DNA of 64,000 nucleotides from Chlorokybus atmophyticus (lineage: Eukaryota > Plantae > Mesostigma and Chlorokybus algae): positions 1-64,000 of the forward strand of contig RHPI01002402.1 of NCBI GenBank assembly GCA_009103225.1. The letters are read 5' to 3'. Of the stretch, positions 63,184 through 64,000 are shown piece by piece. Every line of letters starts with the position of its first letter. Within the stretch, counting starts at the first letter, position 1. The notes beneath the pieces are model-generated. The model was not told the DNA's origin and made no database searches. It saw only the letters and a program-made list of their open reading frames with translations. A program made the position numbers and the translations under genes.

Positions 63184-64000
63184 TGCAACATATCAAAGCA
63201 AGTGCCGTCTTGCTGAGACACGCTTTCCAAGGCACGGAGGTTACGTGATGCACACAGCCTGCATGCCTTCGAAGCAGGTCCTGGTAGGTGTAAAGTTGGT
63301 GCCACGGTCGTGACTCACAGTTGGTTGGGGAGTGGCGACTTAATGTATAGGTAATGCTGCCACTGATATCGCACATACAACATGTATAGGTGGTCGGTTT
63401 GATGCAATGTACGGTAGCAATTGTGACACTCGTACATCCAGCTTGATGCATGTGCTTTGTGACGCCTGCTGAGGTTTGTACAGACTTCAGCTCCACAACA
63501 GCCTTGGACAGATTTTTGTGCCGCACGCAGTCAAGCCCCACTCGCTGCTGGTACATCCGCACGCTGGACTGAGCATAAGCTGTTGTACAGGATGTATGCC
63601 CTCGCTGCGCAGCATCCGGTTTTCAAAGCCAACATTGTAAGCGCCTTATCACATCACGTGTACGCGATCAGAGCTGCAGCGGGGTGAGCGAGGGATGGTG
63701 TAGGCGGCGGAGGGGGTGGAGGAGAGGGAGGGTCGGGGAGTCAGCGTCCTGCTGCTGTTGGCATCGCTACTGCTGCGACTGACCCACTAACCAAGAAGCA
63801 TCTGCAGGTGCCTAAGCTGGCCGTGCATACATGCATGCCTGCATGATTAACAGGGGGGCAGTAGTGGTAGTAGGGGTAGAGGTAGGCGGGTGGTAGATAG
63901 CAGGTGCGTGGTTGAACCCGGTGGTTGAGTTGGTGAGTTTGTTATGTTGATGTTGCTTTGCATGTGAACATGGCATGTTTGACATTGCACGCTCGAAATC

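Noticed and set aside
63128-64000. ORF 63562-63128 (-) and an exon-like piece at ~63530-63630 (+)
   Set aside because: May belong to a neighbouring gene that runs out of the window, but neither strand nor product can be supported.

Overview
Eukaryotic nuclear DNA with many short spliceosomal introns. It is most likely from an early-diverging streptophyte green alga: the window has MAP70, plant-type long COX6b and AMK5 genes together with a selenophosphate synthetase, which land plants lack. The species is inferred, not shown. Bases 1-~18 kb are a retroelement cluster. It holds (i) the 3' part of a Ty3/gypsy chromovirus whose pol begins with a degenerate adenine-methyltransferase-like domain, (ii) a TRIM-like module ending in a 78-bp mini-LTR fused to that element's 3' LTR, (iii) an inverted second LTR, and (iv) a decayed DIRS/PAT-type retrotransposon with RT-RNaseH-MTase on + and the tyrosine recombinase on -. 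The recombinase is split by a 1.54-kb hairpin-rich non-coding insertion flanked by TTT. Bases 18.3-63.2 kb are a gene-dense host block: MAP70, a PITH protein, an orphan gene, TGS1, a 2OG-Fe(II) oxygenase, COX6b, a secreted tandem PL14-lyase-like protein with substituted catalytic residues, an aldo-keto reductase, AMK5, a DnaJ-type Zn-finger protein, an SDR, an NADH-dehydrogenase-like/SelD fusion and a FIST protein. There are three N gaps. No rRNA, tRNA or CRISPR was seen. All calls come from reading the sequence and recalled family motifs; no database search was run. CDS coordinates span start to stop including introns.
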